A stretch of DNA of 64,000 bases, taken from positions 156,673 through 220,672 of the forward strand of contig JAPLES010000002.1 of the NCBI GenBank assembly GCA_026391075.1. Direction: 5' to 3'. Every line of letters begins with the position of its first letter. Position 1 is the stretch's first letter. The position numbers and the translations under genes are program-made. Of this stretch, positions 36,930-46,054 are shown piece by piece. Source of the stretch: Bacteroidota bacterium (GTDB lineage Bacteria > Bacteroidota > Bacteroidia > Chitinophagales > LD1). The notes under the pieces are model-generated. The model searched no databases. It was not told the DNA's origin and saw only the letters and a program-made list of their open reading frames with translations.

Positions 36930-38120
36930 ATGAAAAAGGCTTTTTTACTCTCTCTCTTATCTCTTACAGTGTTTGTAATTTATGCACAGGAAGCTACCGC
37001 TCCAATAAAGAAAAAACCAAAACTGGTACTAGGAGGAGATGGTGTTTATCTGCGCGATTCTACTTGGAAGATTGGCGGATATATTGGCTTCACTGTGAGC
37101 CAAACCGCCCTCTATCAATGGGCACCTGGAGGTAATAATAACTTCGCTTTCTTGTTGGGTGCTAACCTTTATGCAAACTATAAAAACAAGAAGGGAAACA
37201 TAATTTGGGATAATAGTTTAGATGCTAAATGGGGAATGGTAGCTAATGGTTTAATACGCAACAAAACGTTGGCACAAAAAAATCTGCAAAAAAATGTGGA
37301 TGTGCTGGCGATAAAAACAGCGGTGGGTTATAAAGTTAGCAACGCATTGTTTGTTGCTGCCAAACTCGGCTTTGAAAGTCAATTTACGCCAAGCTACGAC
37401 TACTCACTTACCGATAATCAAAGCGGAAGATTCCGCAGATACACTGTTTCGAAATTTGCAGCGCCTGCCGTACTTACAATTGGTCCGGGTTTAACCTGGA
37501 AACCTAAAGACTATTTTACTTTGTTTTTCTCACCGGTAGAAGGCAAAATGACTTTTGTTACAAAGGATAGTCCCGGCAGAGACACGACTACAATAATACA
37601 ATCGCCCGATACTTTTTATTCGTATACAAATGCGTATTACAGCAACGTAGATGAAACACGTTTTGGTTTAAAGCGCGGTTCAAGTTTTATGGGTGAATTA
37701 GGTTGGGAGCTAGATTTGCTTTTTCAAAAAGACATTGTAAAGAATGTAAATTGGAAAAGCCATTTGAATGTGTTTGGTGCCTACATGAACAAAAGCTATA
37801 ACACCGAAATGCCTAAATATTATGCCGATGCTGATTCAGTGGGAACCGTTTCTATTTCAGAAACCACGCGACATATTCCGGTCATAAAATGGGATAATGA
37901 TTTAGTGTTTAAGGTAAACAGTTGGTTGAGTGCAACGCTCTCGGTAAAATTAGTTTATCAATACAACGCGCTTACTCCAGTTGATAATTACCATAACGAT
38001 ACATTGAAAAAAGGACCAGATGGAATTACAGATAAGGACAAGGCTGGAAATACGATAACAGCATTCAATAGGCTTCAAATTTTTGAACAGTTTGGTATTG
38101 GCTTGTCGGCTAAATTTTAA
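36930..38120 (+). CDS. Outer-membrane beta-barrel protein (DUF3078-like)
   Basis: ATG 36930 gives the signal peptide MKKAFLLSLLSLTVFVIYAQ. The body has an alternating amphipathic beta pattern and ends in an aromatic residue (GIGLSAKF), typical of OM barrels. Confidence 0.55.
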   Translation: MKKAFLLSLLSLTVFVIYAQEATAPIKKKPKLVLGGDGVYLRDSTWKIGGYIGFTVSQTALYQWAPGGNNNFAFLLGANLYANYKNKKGNIIWDNSLDAKWGMVANGLIRNKTLAQKNLQKNVDVLAIKTAVGYKVSNALFVAAKLGFESQFTPSYDYSLTDNQSGRFRRYTVSKFAAPAVLTIGPGLTWKPKDYFTLFFSPVEGKMTFVTKDSPGRDTTTIIQSPDTFYSYTNAYYSNVDETRFGLKRGSSFMGELGWELDLLFQKDIVKNVNWKSHLNVFGAYMNKSYNTEMPKYYADADSVGTVSISETTRHIPVIKWDNDLVFKVNSWLSATLSVKLVYQYNALTPVDNYHNDTLKKGPDGITDKDKAGNTITAFNRLQIFEQFGIGLSAKF

Positions 38121-38141
38121 TTCGTTTTCAATTTCATTTAA

Positions 38142-38178
38142 ACGTCTCGCACTAAACAGTGCGGGACGTTTTCTATTT
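38142..38178 (+). terminator. Rho-independent terminator after the OM barrel gene
   Basis: acgtctcgca pairs with tgcgggacgt (one G-U pair) across a 7-nt loop, followed by ttttctatttt. Confidence 0.65.
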
Positions 38179-38198
38179 TGCAGACCTTACAAAACAAT

Positions 38199-39464
38199 AT
38201 GAGCGATAAACCGAAATTTAAAGTTGACAATACAACTGTGCATGTGGAGACCGCTGTGCTGGTTGCTTTAGTTTCGCAAAACCAAAGCGAAGAGCAGACG
38301 AAAGAATATTTAGATGAGCTCGAATTTCTTGCTGAAACCGATGGTGTAAAAACCATGAAGCGTTTCACACAAAAATTGCCGCATCCCGATAACAAGACCT
38401 ATGTAGGTAAAGGAAAGCTCGAAGAAATAAGGGCGTATGTAGAGGATAAGGGCATTGATTTAATTTTAATTGACGATGAAATTTCTCCCTCGCAACAGCG
38501 CAACATTGAAGAAGTGGTAAAGAAAAGAGTGCTTGACCGTAGCATGTTAATCCTCGATATTTTTGCGCAACGCGCAAGAACCGTTCAAGCAAAAACACAA
38601 GTTGATTTAGCGCAATTGCAATACATGCTTCCGCGATTGAAAGGTATGTGGACACACTTGGAACGTCAGCGTGGAGGCACAGGAACGCGCGGTGGTGCGG
38701 GTGAAAAGGAAATTGAAACCGACAGACGAATGGCGGAGAAAAAAATCTCTTTGCTCAAGGACAAATTGAAGGAAATTGACAAACAAAATATGGTGCGCAG
38801 AAAACACCGTAGCGAAATGATTCGAGTTGCGTTGGTTGGTTATACCAACGTGGGCAAATCCACTTTGATGAATTTATTGGCGAAGGAAACGGTGTTCGCA
38901 GAAAACAAATTATTCGCCACAGTAGATACTACAGTTCGGAAAGTCACTTTCAATAATGTTCCGTTTTTGCTGAGCGATACCGTTGGGTTCATTCGCAAAC
39001 TTCCGCATCATTTAGTAGAGAGTTTTAAATCAACTTTAGACGAAGCCATTGAAGCTGATATTCTTTTGCATGTAGTCGACATTTCTCACACAGCTTTCGA
39101 AGACCAGATGAATGTGGTGAATGAAATTTTGAAAGACTTAAACTGCGAAGACAAACCCGTGGTCGTCATTTTCAACAAAATGGATTTGTACGAGCAAAAG
39201 AAATTTGATGAGTTTTTGCCCGATGAAATCAGAAATGGATTGCTAACCGAGTTAAAAGAAAGTTGGATGGCAAAAACGCACGACAACTGCATTTTTGTTT
39301 CCGCCATTCAAAACCGCAACACAGCCGACCTGCGCGAATTGCTGTTTCAGAAGGTGAAGAAACTTTACCTAGAGCGCTATCCATACAAAGCTGGCTACCT
39401 CACTGCCGCACAAGCAGGTTGGCAAGACTACCTTACACAACAAGATACAACCTTAGAATCCTAA
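38199..39464 (+). CDS. hflX: GTPase HflX
   Basis: The N-terminal HflX domain has GKGKLEEI, SPSQQRNIE and LILDIFAQRA. G motifs are GYTNVGKST, DTVGF and NKMD. ATG 38199 is preferred over TTG 38178. Confidence 0.9.
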   Translation: MSDKPKFKVDNTTVHVETAVLVALVSQNQSEEQTKEYLDELEFLAETDGVKTMKRFTQKLPHPDNKTYVGKGKLEEIRAYVEDKGIDLILIDDEISPSQQRNIEEVVKKRVLDRSMLILDIFAQRARTVQAKTQVDLAQLQYMLPRLKGMWTHLERQRGGTGTRGGAGEKEIETDRRMAEKKISLLKDKLKEIDKQNMVRRKHRSEMIRVALVGYTNVGKSTLMNLLAKETVFAENKLFATVDTTVRKVTFNNVPFLLSDTVGFIRKLPHHLVESFKSTLDEAIEADILLHVVDISHTAFEDQMNVVNEILKDLNCEDKPVVVIFNKMDLYEQKKFDEFLPDEIRNGLLTELKESWMAKTHDNCIFVSAIQNRNTADLRELLFQKVKKLYLERYPYKAGYLTAAQAGWQDYLTQQDTTLES

Positions 39465-39474
39465 CACTTGTTAG
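39461..39474. promoter_or_regulatory. Candidate TetR operator, palindrome CTAAC-N4-GTTAG (copy 1)
   Basis: ctaacacttgttag. It overlaps the hflX stop codon. Confidence 0.4.
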
Positions 39475-39498
39475 TCTCAAAAGAATTTCTTTCTTTTG

Positions 39499-39512
39499 CT
39501 AACAAACGTTAG
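39499..39512. promoter_or_regulatory. Candidate TetR operator, palindrome CTAAC-N4-GTTAG (copy 2)
   Basis: ctaacaaacgttag. It ends 3 nt before the TetR ATG. Confidence 0.4.
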
Positions 39513-39515
39513 TTT

Positions 39516-40091
39516 ATGGCTGCAACACAAACCACAAAGGAAAAGGTAAAACAAACCGCCCAAAAACTTTTCCGCGAGCGCGGTTATGCAGCTGTAGGTA
39601 TGCGCGAGCTAGCGAAAGAAGTGGGGATACAGGCCCCGAGTCTCTACAATCATTACAAAAGCAAAGACGATTTGCTTCGCGAAATTTGCTTTGATATGGC
39701 CAAGCAATTTTTTGCAGCGTTTGACAAAGCGGTAACTACGGAGGAGAAATCACAACGAAAATTGAAAGCTGTTATCAAGGCGCACATCAACGTAATTGCC
39801 ACTAATCTGGAAGCTTCGGAAGTTTTTTTTAATGAGTGGATGTTTTTAGAACAACCACATTTAGGCCTATTCAAAAAGCAACGTTTCGAATACGAAATGA
39901 AGTTTCGAGAAATTATTGATAAAGGAATTAAGAAAGGCGATTTCAAAAAGATGAATTCGAAGTTGATTGCCTTCGCCATTTTTTCTGCCTTGAATGCTAC
40001 TTACGAATTGTATCGCTCGAACGAAAAATTATCGCAGGAAGAAATTGCAGAAGATATCTCTGATTTATTATTGAAAGGTCTAAAATCATAA
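39516..40091 (+). CDS. TetR/AcrR family transcriptional regulator
   Basis: The HTH region reads AQKLFRERGYAAVGMRELAKEVGIQAPSLYNHYKSKDDLL. The gene lies immediately upstream of paaA. Confidence 0.85.
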   Translation: MAATQTTKEKVKQTAQKLFRERGYAAVGMRELAKEVGIQAPSLYNHYKSKDDLLREICFDMAKQFFAAFDKAVTTEEKSQRKLKAVIKAHINVIATNLEASEVFFNEWMFLEQPHLGLFKKQRFEYEMKFREIIDKGIKKGDFKKMNSKLIAFAIFSALNATYELYRSNEKLSQEEIAEDISDLLLKGLKS

Positions 40092-40094
40092 CCC

Positions 40095-41081
40095 ATGTAC
40101 GGAAGCACAAATTTATCGGAAGAAGATGCAAAACGCATGAACTCTACGGTGGAAGACCCAGAGAAATTGGAAGCGTTTGAATCGCGTATTGCACGAGGCG
40201 AAAAAATTGAACCACAGGATTGGATGCCGGTTGAGTATCGCAAGCAGCTCATTCGCATGATTGAGCAACACGCGCATTCAGAAATTGTGGGTGCGTTGCC
40301 CGAAGGAACATGGATTACCCGCGCTCCAAATTTCAGACGCAAACTTGCGCTCATTGCAAAAGTGCAGGATGAAATCGGTCACGGTCAGTTACTTTATTCT
40401 GCAGCAGAAACGCTTGGTAAAACGCGGGAAGAAATGCTGAACGATTTGTTGAATGGCAAATCGAAATATTCAAACGTGTTTAATTACCCTGCTAAAACCT
40501 GGGCAGATATTGCTGTGATTGGTTTCTTAGTGGATGGTGCCGCAATCGTAAATCAAGTCATTAATAGCAAAGGAAGTTACGGACCATATTGCCGTGCGCT
40601 CGAAAGAATTTGTTACGAGGAAAGTTTTCACTTAAAGCAAGGTCACGATAATGTGGTTTACCTGGCTACTGGAACAAAACATCAGCGCGCTATTTTGCAG
40701 GACGCCATCAACCGGTGGTATGTTCCCTTGCTGCATTTTTTCGGTCCGCCAGATAAAATGAGTGCGCACAGCGAAAAGTTGATGAAGTGGAAAGTGAAAT
40801 TGGCGAGTAATGATGATATGCGTAATCAGTTCCTCGATCAATACGTTCCGAAAATTTGGGAGCTCGACATTACTTTCCCTGACCCAAATTTGAAAAAGAA
40901 CAACGATGGTATTTGGGAATTTAGCGACCCTGATTGGAATGAATTTAAACGAGTAATTAACGGTGGCGGACCTTGCAATGCTGAACGCATTGCCGTAAGA
41001 AAATTTGCAGAAGAAGCTGGAAGATGGGTGCGTCAGGCATTAATGAACCCGACAGAAAAGTATGTAGTGCCTTTGGCATAA
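40095..41081 (+). CDS. paaA: 1,2-phenylacetyl-CoA epoxidase subunit A
   Basis: Contains the di-iron ligand blocks [11 protein letters not shown] and [11 protein letters not shown], plus [12 protein letters not shown]. Confidence 0.9.
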   Translation: MYGSTNLSEEDAKRMNSTVEDPEKLEAFESRIARGEKIEPQDWMPVEYRKQLIRMIEQHAHSEIVGALPEGTWITRAPNFRRKLALIAKVQDEIGHGQLLYSAAETLGKTREEMLNDLLNGKSKYSNVFNYPAKTWADIAVIGFLVDGAAIVNQVINSKGSYGPYCRALERICYEESFHLKQGHDNVVYLATGTKHQRAILQDAINRWYVPLLHFFGPPDKMSAHSEKLMKWKVKLASNDDMRNQFLDQYVPKIWELDITFPDPNLKKNNDGIWEFSDPDWNEFKRVINGGGPCNAERIAVRKFAEEAGRWVRQALMNPTEKYVVPLA

Positions 41082-41098
41082 TTTGAAAACAGAATACA

Positions 41099-41461
41099 AT
41101 GGAAACACTTGACCCTAGAATAAAACGCTTGTCCTTAAAACCTTCGACCGAAGTTGAAAAGACAAACTCACATTTAATTACCTACGAAGTTTTTCATCAG
41201 GAGAAAAGAGGAAAACACGTAACGCATGTAGGAGTCGTTCACGCATCAAATCCCGAAATGGCGTTGTTGATGGCGAAAGAGGTTTTTGGCAGAAGAGGAA
41301 AGACAACCAACCTTTGGGTGGTGAAGACAAGCGATGTTTACACCTTCAGTTCTGAAGATGAAGACATGTTTGAAACCACTCCCGAAAAAACTTTCCGCGA
41401 CCCCGCATATTATAAAGTGAGAGATAGAATTGAAAAGTTTCAGAACAAGAGTAAAGTTTAA
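41099..41461 (+). CDS. paaB: 1,2-phenylacetyl-CoA epoxidase subunit B
   Basis: 120 aa with a YEVFHQEKRGKHVTHVGVVHASNPEMALLMAKEVFGRR pattern and conserved operon position. Confidence 0.85.
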   Translation: METLDPRIKRLSLKPSTEVEKTNSHLITYEVFHQEKRGKHVTHVGVVHASNPEMALLMAKEVFGRRGKTTNLWVVKTSDVYTFSSEDEDMFETTPEKTFRDPAYYKVRDRIEKFQNKSKV

Positions 41462-41464
41462 AAC

Positions 41465-42220
41465 ATGAGCAACGCACTAAAGGATTTACTTTTCAAAATG
41501 GCAGATGATGCGCTTATCATCGGTCACCGCAATTCTGAATGGACAGGCATCGGTCCAATGCTGGAAGAAGACCTCGCGTTTTCTTCTATGGCGCAGGATA
41601 AAATCGGTCACGCGCAAGCACTCTATAAAATTCTGAACGAAGTTTTAGGAGAAGCAGATGCTGATACACTTGCGTTTAAGCGAGAAGAAAAACAATTCAA
41701 ATGCTGTCAGCTTGTTGAGCAACCGATTGGGGAATATGATTTCAGTATTGTTCGTCAATTTCTTTTTGACCACGCTGAATTGATTCGCTATGATATGCTG
41801 ACACAATCTTCTTTTCAGCCGTTAGCTCAGTTGGCGAAGAAGGTGAAAGGAGAAATAAAATATCACGTAATGCATGCCGATACTTTTGTAAAACAACTCG
41901 GCAAGGGAACAGAAGAAAGCAAAGCGCGTATGCAATCTTCATTGAATTATGCATGGCATTTTGCACTCGGCATTTTTGAAAAAAGTGAATTTGAAAACGA
42001 ATTAATTTCAGAAAATATTTTTGCTGGTGAAGAAGAATTAAAAAAACGCTGGCTTGAAAAAATTACTCCAATTATTGAAGCAGCAACTTTGAAAGTTCCT
42101 GTAACCGATGAAAGCAAAATAATTTACGGAGGAAGAAAAGGATTTCATTCAGAATATCTGAAACCACTATTAGATGAAATGTGTGAAGTGGTGAGAACGG
42201 ATATTGATGCGGAATGGTAG
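41465..42220 (+). CDS. paaC: 1,2-phenylacetyl-CoA epoxidase subunit C
   Basis: Contains MADDALIIGHRNSEWTGIGPMLEEDLAFSSMAQDKIGHA and has the conserved operon position. Confidence 0.85.
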   Translation: MSNALKDLLFKMADDALIIGHRNSEWTGIGPMLEEDLAFSSMAQDKIGHAQALYKILNEVLGEADADTLAFKREEKQFKCCQLVEQPIGEYDFSIVRQFLFDHAELIRYDMLTQSSFQPLAQLAKKVKGEIKYHVMHADTFVKQLGKGTEESKARMQSSLNYAWHFALGIFEKSEFENELISENIFAGEEELKKRWLEKITPIIEAATLKVPVTDESKIIYGGRKGFHSEYLKPLLDEMCEVVRTDIDAEW

Positions 42221-42741
42221 AACAGACAATAGACCATAGACAACAGACCATAGAAAATACAGTATGGGAGATTCTTGAAAATGTAAAGGATCCTGAAATT
42301 CCTGTGATTTCTGTAGTTGATATGGGAATGATTACGGCTGTTCAACTTCAGACTTCAGACTTCAGACTTCGGACTTGTTCCATTACAATGACACCCACCT
42401 TCGTTGGCTGCCCTGCAATTGATGTGATCAAAAAAAATATTCACGAAGAAGTAATGAAGCTCGGATTTGATGAAGTAGAGGTAAAAGTTGACTTTGAAAC
42501 TAAGTGGACGAGTGACCGAATGAAAGATTCTGCGAAAATGAAATTGGAGAAATTTGGTTTAGCTCCACCGGTTATGCTGAATGATGATGAACTCACCGAA
42601 GCACAACTCAACAATGTTCGTTGTCCGCATTGTCATAGCACCGATACTACTTTGCGTTCTGCATTTGGCTCAACACTTTGTCGTGCTATTCGTTTTTGCT
42701 TTTCGTGCAAGCAAGGGTTTGAGCAATTCAAACCTATTTGA
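42214..42741 (+). CDS. paaD: Phenylacetate-CoA oxygenase subunit PaaD (DUF59 + C-terminal zinc ribbon)
   Basis: Contains VKDPEIPVISVVDMGMI, TPTFVGCPA and CPHCHS...CFSCKQGFEQFK. The ATG overlaps the paaC stop (ATGGTAG). Confidence 0.85.
   Translation: MVEQTIDHRQQTIENTVWEILENVKDPEIPVISVVDMGMITAVQLQTSDFRLRTCSITMTPTFVGCPAIDVIKKNIHEEVMKLGFDEVEVKVDFETKWTSDRMKDSAKMKLEKFGLAPPVMLNDDELTEAQLNNVRCPHCHSTDTTLRSAFGSTLCRAIRFCFSCKQGFEQFKPI
42218..42259. repeat. Heptamer tandem array (GACNATA type, about 6 units) at the paaC/paaD junction
   Basis: tagaaca gacaata gaccata gacaaca gaccata gaaaata. Confidence 0.85.
42341..42375. repeat. Heptamer tandem array (TCAGACT type, 5 units) inside paaD
   Basis: ttcaact tcagact tcagact tcagact tcggact. 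Confidence 0.85.
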
Positions 42742-42793
42742 GGCAGTTGTATTTTCTGCAGATAAAATCTATTTTCAAAAAAAGTTTGTGTCG

Positions 42794-44695
42794 ATGAGGA
42801 AATTTTCCGCCAGCATTATTTTTCAATTCCTTTTTGTTTCGGCATTGTTTTGCCAAACAAATACCGAAGCAACCTCGCTTAACCAGCAAGCGGAGCGGCA
42901 GTTAAATCAAAATCCTGTAGAAGCCATTCGATTAGCCGAAGAGGCAAAAGCAAAAGCCGAACAGAAAAAAGATAAGCACAATATTGCGCTTGCCACCACT
43001 ATCATAGGTATTGCTAACTACAAACACGACTATTATGACAAGGCAAAAATTTTTCTCACCGAAGCTATATCCTTAAGTCAAAACGCAAACGATTCATCCA
43101 CTCTTGCCTACGCCTACTATTGGACCGGAAACCTAGAAGTAAATAAAGGGGACTTTGCAAAAGCTCTGGACCATTACCAAACTGCCGGAGCAATCTCTGT
43201 AGCTACAAAAGACAAAAAAAATCTTGCGCGTAGTTTAGATGGGCTTGGAGGAATTTACCAATCGCTGAACGAGGATAGCAAAGCAGATAGTTTATATCGT
43301 GAATCATTAAAAACAGCAACGCAAATAAATTTTACCGAGTGGATTCCTTCGGTTCTTTCTTCGCTCGGAAACCTAGAGTACAAACACAAAAATATTGATA
43401 AGGCTATTTCGTATTTTACAGAGAGCGCAGCAACGTCTGACGCGGCAGGAAACACCAACAACAAAGCAGGATGTTATCATCAGCTAGCACTTATTTACTA
43501 TGACAAAAATGATTCGAAGGAGGCTATGAAATTTGTGCAACAGGCTATGGATTTGTATCAACAAACAGGAGCAATTGCAGCGTTCAGCCGAAGTCGATTG
43601 TTGCTGAGTTTAATTTTGCTTAGCGATAAGGATTATGATCTTTCGATTGATTTAGCAAAATCAAGTTTTGAAGACGGCAAACAAAAAAACGATTTGGCAT
43701 TACAAAAGGACGCTACAGAAGTTTTGTATTACTGCTATTTCTATAAAGGGGATAAAAGCAAAGCACTTGACTACCATATCCAGTTTTATGAATTAACCCA
43801 AAAGAATCAAAATGAAGAGTTGGCAAAAAAGCTAACGCAAATGGAATTGCGCGATAAGTTTGAAAAGGAAAAAGAAATAACACGAGCCATTCAGGCAAAA
43901 GAACGAGCGGAAATGAATGCCCAACTAGAAAAACAAAAATTGATAAAGAAGGCGTCATTCATTGGAATTGGACTGTTGGGAATAATTGCCGCCCTCTCAA
44001 TTTTCGCTTTTGTTCAAAAGCGAAGCGATAACAGGCTGATAGCTGCGGAGAAGAAAAAATCGGACGATTTATTATTGAATATTTTACCTGAAGAGGTAGC
44101 TAACGAATTGAAGGCTACCGGGCATTCAAAGTCTAAAAACTATGACCGAGCAACCGTGTTGTTTGCCGACATTAAAAACTTTACAGGAGCAGCCGAAAAA
44201 ATGTCGCACGAAAAATTAATAACAGAGCTCGATTTCTATTTCAAAAACTTTGACGAAATAATTTCCAAGTATAAAATCGAAAAAATTAAAACAATAGGCG
44301 ATGCGTACCTTTGTGTTGGGGGATTGCCAATTGCCGATAAAGACAACGCAAACTATGTTGTTTCGGCCGGCTTAGAAATGCAGGAATTTGTGGTGCGAGT
44401 TAAGGAGGAGCGCATAAAAAAGAACGAAACCTATTTCGAAATACGAGTAGGAATTCATAGTGGTCCACTAGTGGCTGGTATAGTTGGTCTCCGTAAATTT
44501 GCTTATGATATTTGGGGCGATACAGTAAACGTAGCAGCCCGAATGGAACAGCACGGAGAAGAAGGGAAAATAAATATTTCGGGAGCCACTTTTGAACTTG
44601 TTCAAGATAAATTTATTTGCACGCACCGAGGCAAAATTGAGGCTAAGAATAAAGGTCAAATTGATATGTATTTTGTAGAAGGAGCTTTGTCTTAA
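42794..44695 (+). CDS. TPR-repeat, single-TM class III adenylate/guanylate cyclase
   Basis: ATG 42794 gives a signal peptide (MRKFSASIIFQFLFVSALFCQ). TPR repeats follow, then a TM helix (FIGIGLLGIIAALSIFAF). The cyclase blocks are ATVLFADIKNFT, IKTIGDAYLCVGG, RVGIHSGPLVAGIVG and YDIWGDTVNVAARME. Confidence 0.85.
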   Translation: MRKFSASIIFQFLFVSALFCQTNTEATSLNQQAERQLNQNPVEAIRLAEEAKAKAEQKKDKHNIALATTIIGIANYKHDYYDKAKIFLTEAISLSQNANDSSTLAYAYYWTGNLEVNKGDFAKALDHYQTAGAISVATKDKKNLARSLDGLGGIYQSLNEDSKADSLYRESLKTATQINFTEWIPSVLSSLGNLEYKHKNIDKAISYFTESAATSDAAGNTNNKAGCYHQLALIYYDKNDSKEAMKFVQQAMDLYQQTGAIAAFSRSRLLLSLILLSDKDYDLSIDLAKSSFEDGKQKNDLALQKDATEVLYYCYFYKGDKSKALDYHIQFYELTQKNQNEELAKKLTQMELRDKFEKEKEITRAIQAKERAEMNAQLEKQKLIKKASFIGIGLLGIIAALSIFAFVQKRSDNRLIAAEKKKSDDLLLNILPEEVANELKATGHSKSKNYDRATVLFADIKNFTGAAEKMSHEKLITELDFYFKNFDEIISKYKIEKIKTIGDAYLCVGGLPIADKDNANYVVSAGLEMQEFVVRVKEERIKKNETYFEIRVGIHSGPLVAGIVGLRKFAYDIWGDTVNVAARMEQHGEEGKINISGATFELVQDKFICTHRGKIEAKNKGQIDMYFVEGALS

Positions 44696-44740
44696 GGCCA
44701 TTCCTTTTGAGCATTTAATTCTTTTTTTACTTTCATTGCC

Positions 44741-46024
44741 ATGAACAAAAAATTGTTGTCGGTTTTCATTATTCAGTTTTCGTTTTTTGTCTTGTTCGCC
44801 CAAACCACTTCTGAGGCAAAGGCAAAACAATTGGAGCAGCTTCGATTGTTGAAACAGCAACAGATGGAAGAACAAAAAATGCAGAACGAATGGCACAATC
44901 AGGATGCCCAGCAAGAAATCAAAAAACAAAGCCAGGAGCTACAACAAAAAAACTTTGAAATAGTAGCAAGTAAACAGGAAACACAAAAAGCACAGCAAGA
45001 TGTTTTAAGAGCAAAGCAAGCACTCGAAGCAAAAATGCGTGAACTTGAATACACGCAGGTGCTCATAGATTCTGCAAAGGCACAACTGGCTTCAACCCGA
45101 AGCCAACTAACCGAAACAGAATTAGTAAACAAACGAATCAAAGAAGAATTGCAGCATCAAGAAGATAGTGTTACGATGTTGAAACAAGAACAAGAATTTC
45201 AAGACTTAAAACTCAAGAGCCAACAAACAGAGTTGGATGGGCAAAAACAAAAAAACCAACTTTACATCATTGCAGCAGCCCTTGCGCTTTCTCTATTGGT
45301 GGTGCTTTTTGCTCTCTTGTTTACCAGACAAAAGGCATTAAAGGAGCTGGCCGAAAAAAACAAAGTTATTCAGGAAGAAAAGAAAAGAAGTGATGATTTG
45401 CTTTTGAATATTTTACCTGAGGAAATAATGCATGAGTTAAAGGCGCACGGTAAAACAACAGCAAGAAATTATTCTAAGGCTACCGTGTTATTTGCCGATA
45501 TAAAAGACTTCACTACCATTAGCGAGCAACTATCGCCCGATGATTTGATTGAGGGGTTAGATGCTTATTTCGAACGCTTTGATATAGTCATAGAAAAATA
45601 TGACATTGAAAAAATAAAAACGATTGGCGATGCCTATGTATGTGCCGGTGGAGTTCCTACCAAGAGCGAAGGCAATCCACATATAGTTGTACAGGCCGCC
45701 ATAGAGTTCATTTACGAAATAGATAAACTACGCAGAGAGCGCACAGCTGTAGGCAAAATTCCATTTGAATTTAGAATTGGAATTCATACCGGGCAATTAG
45801 TGGCGGGTGTAATAGGGATAAGAAAATTTGCTTACGATATTTGGGGCGACACGGTGAACATGGCGGCACGAATGCAACAAGCCAGCGAAGCAGGTAAAAT
45901 CAATGTGTCGGGAGCCACGTATGAACTGGTAAAAGATAAATTTGTATGTATTTATCGCGGCAAAATTGAAGCAAAGAATAAAGGAGAAATAGACATGTAT
46001 TTTGTTACAAAGGCAATCGCATAA
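44741..46024 (+). CDS. Coiled-coil, single-TM class III adenylate/guanylate cyclase (paralog)
   Basis: A signal peptide and a Q/E-rich coiled coil are followed by a TM helix. The catalytic domain is near-identical in motif content to the upstream gene (ATVLFADIKDFT, IKTIGDAYVCAGG, YDIWGDTVNMAARMQ). Confidence 0.85.
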   Translation: MNKKLLSVFIIQFSFFVLFAQTTSEAKAKQLEQLRLLKQQQMEEQKMQNEWHNQDAQQEIKKQSQELQQKNFEIVASKQETQKAQQDVLRAKQALEAKMRELEYTQVLIDSAKAQLASTRSQLTETELVNKRIKEELQHQEDSVTMLKQEQEFQDLKLKSQQTELDGQKQKNQLYIIAAALALSLLVVLFALLFTRQKALKELAEKNKVIQEEKKRSDDLLLNILPEEIMHELKAHGKTTARNYSKATVLFADIKDFTTISEQLSPDDLIEGLDAYFERFDIVIEKYDIEKIKTIGDAYVCAGGVPTKSEGNPHIVVQAAIEFIYEIDKLRRERTAVGKIPFEFRIGIHTGQLVAGVIGIRKFAYDIWGDTVNMAARMQQASEAGKINVSGATYELVKDKFVCIYRGKIEAKNKGEIDMYFVTKAIA

Positions 46025-46054
46025 AGTTTAGGAACAGATAATTTTGAAGCAGCG

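Noticed and set aside
42581-42793. N-terminal 71-aa extension of the TPR-cyclase ORF overlapping paaD
   Set aside because: The extension overlaps the paaD 3' end in another frame. The internal ATG at 42794 yields a proper signal peptide.
46039-46046. TAATTTTG as a -7 promoter box for the HD-domain gene
   Set aside because: It matches TAnnTTTG, but no TTG lies 19-21 nt upstream and it is only 8 nt from the ATG. The HD gene is more likely co-transcribed with the cyclases.
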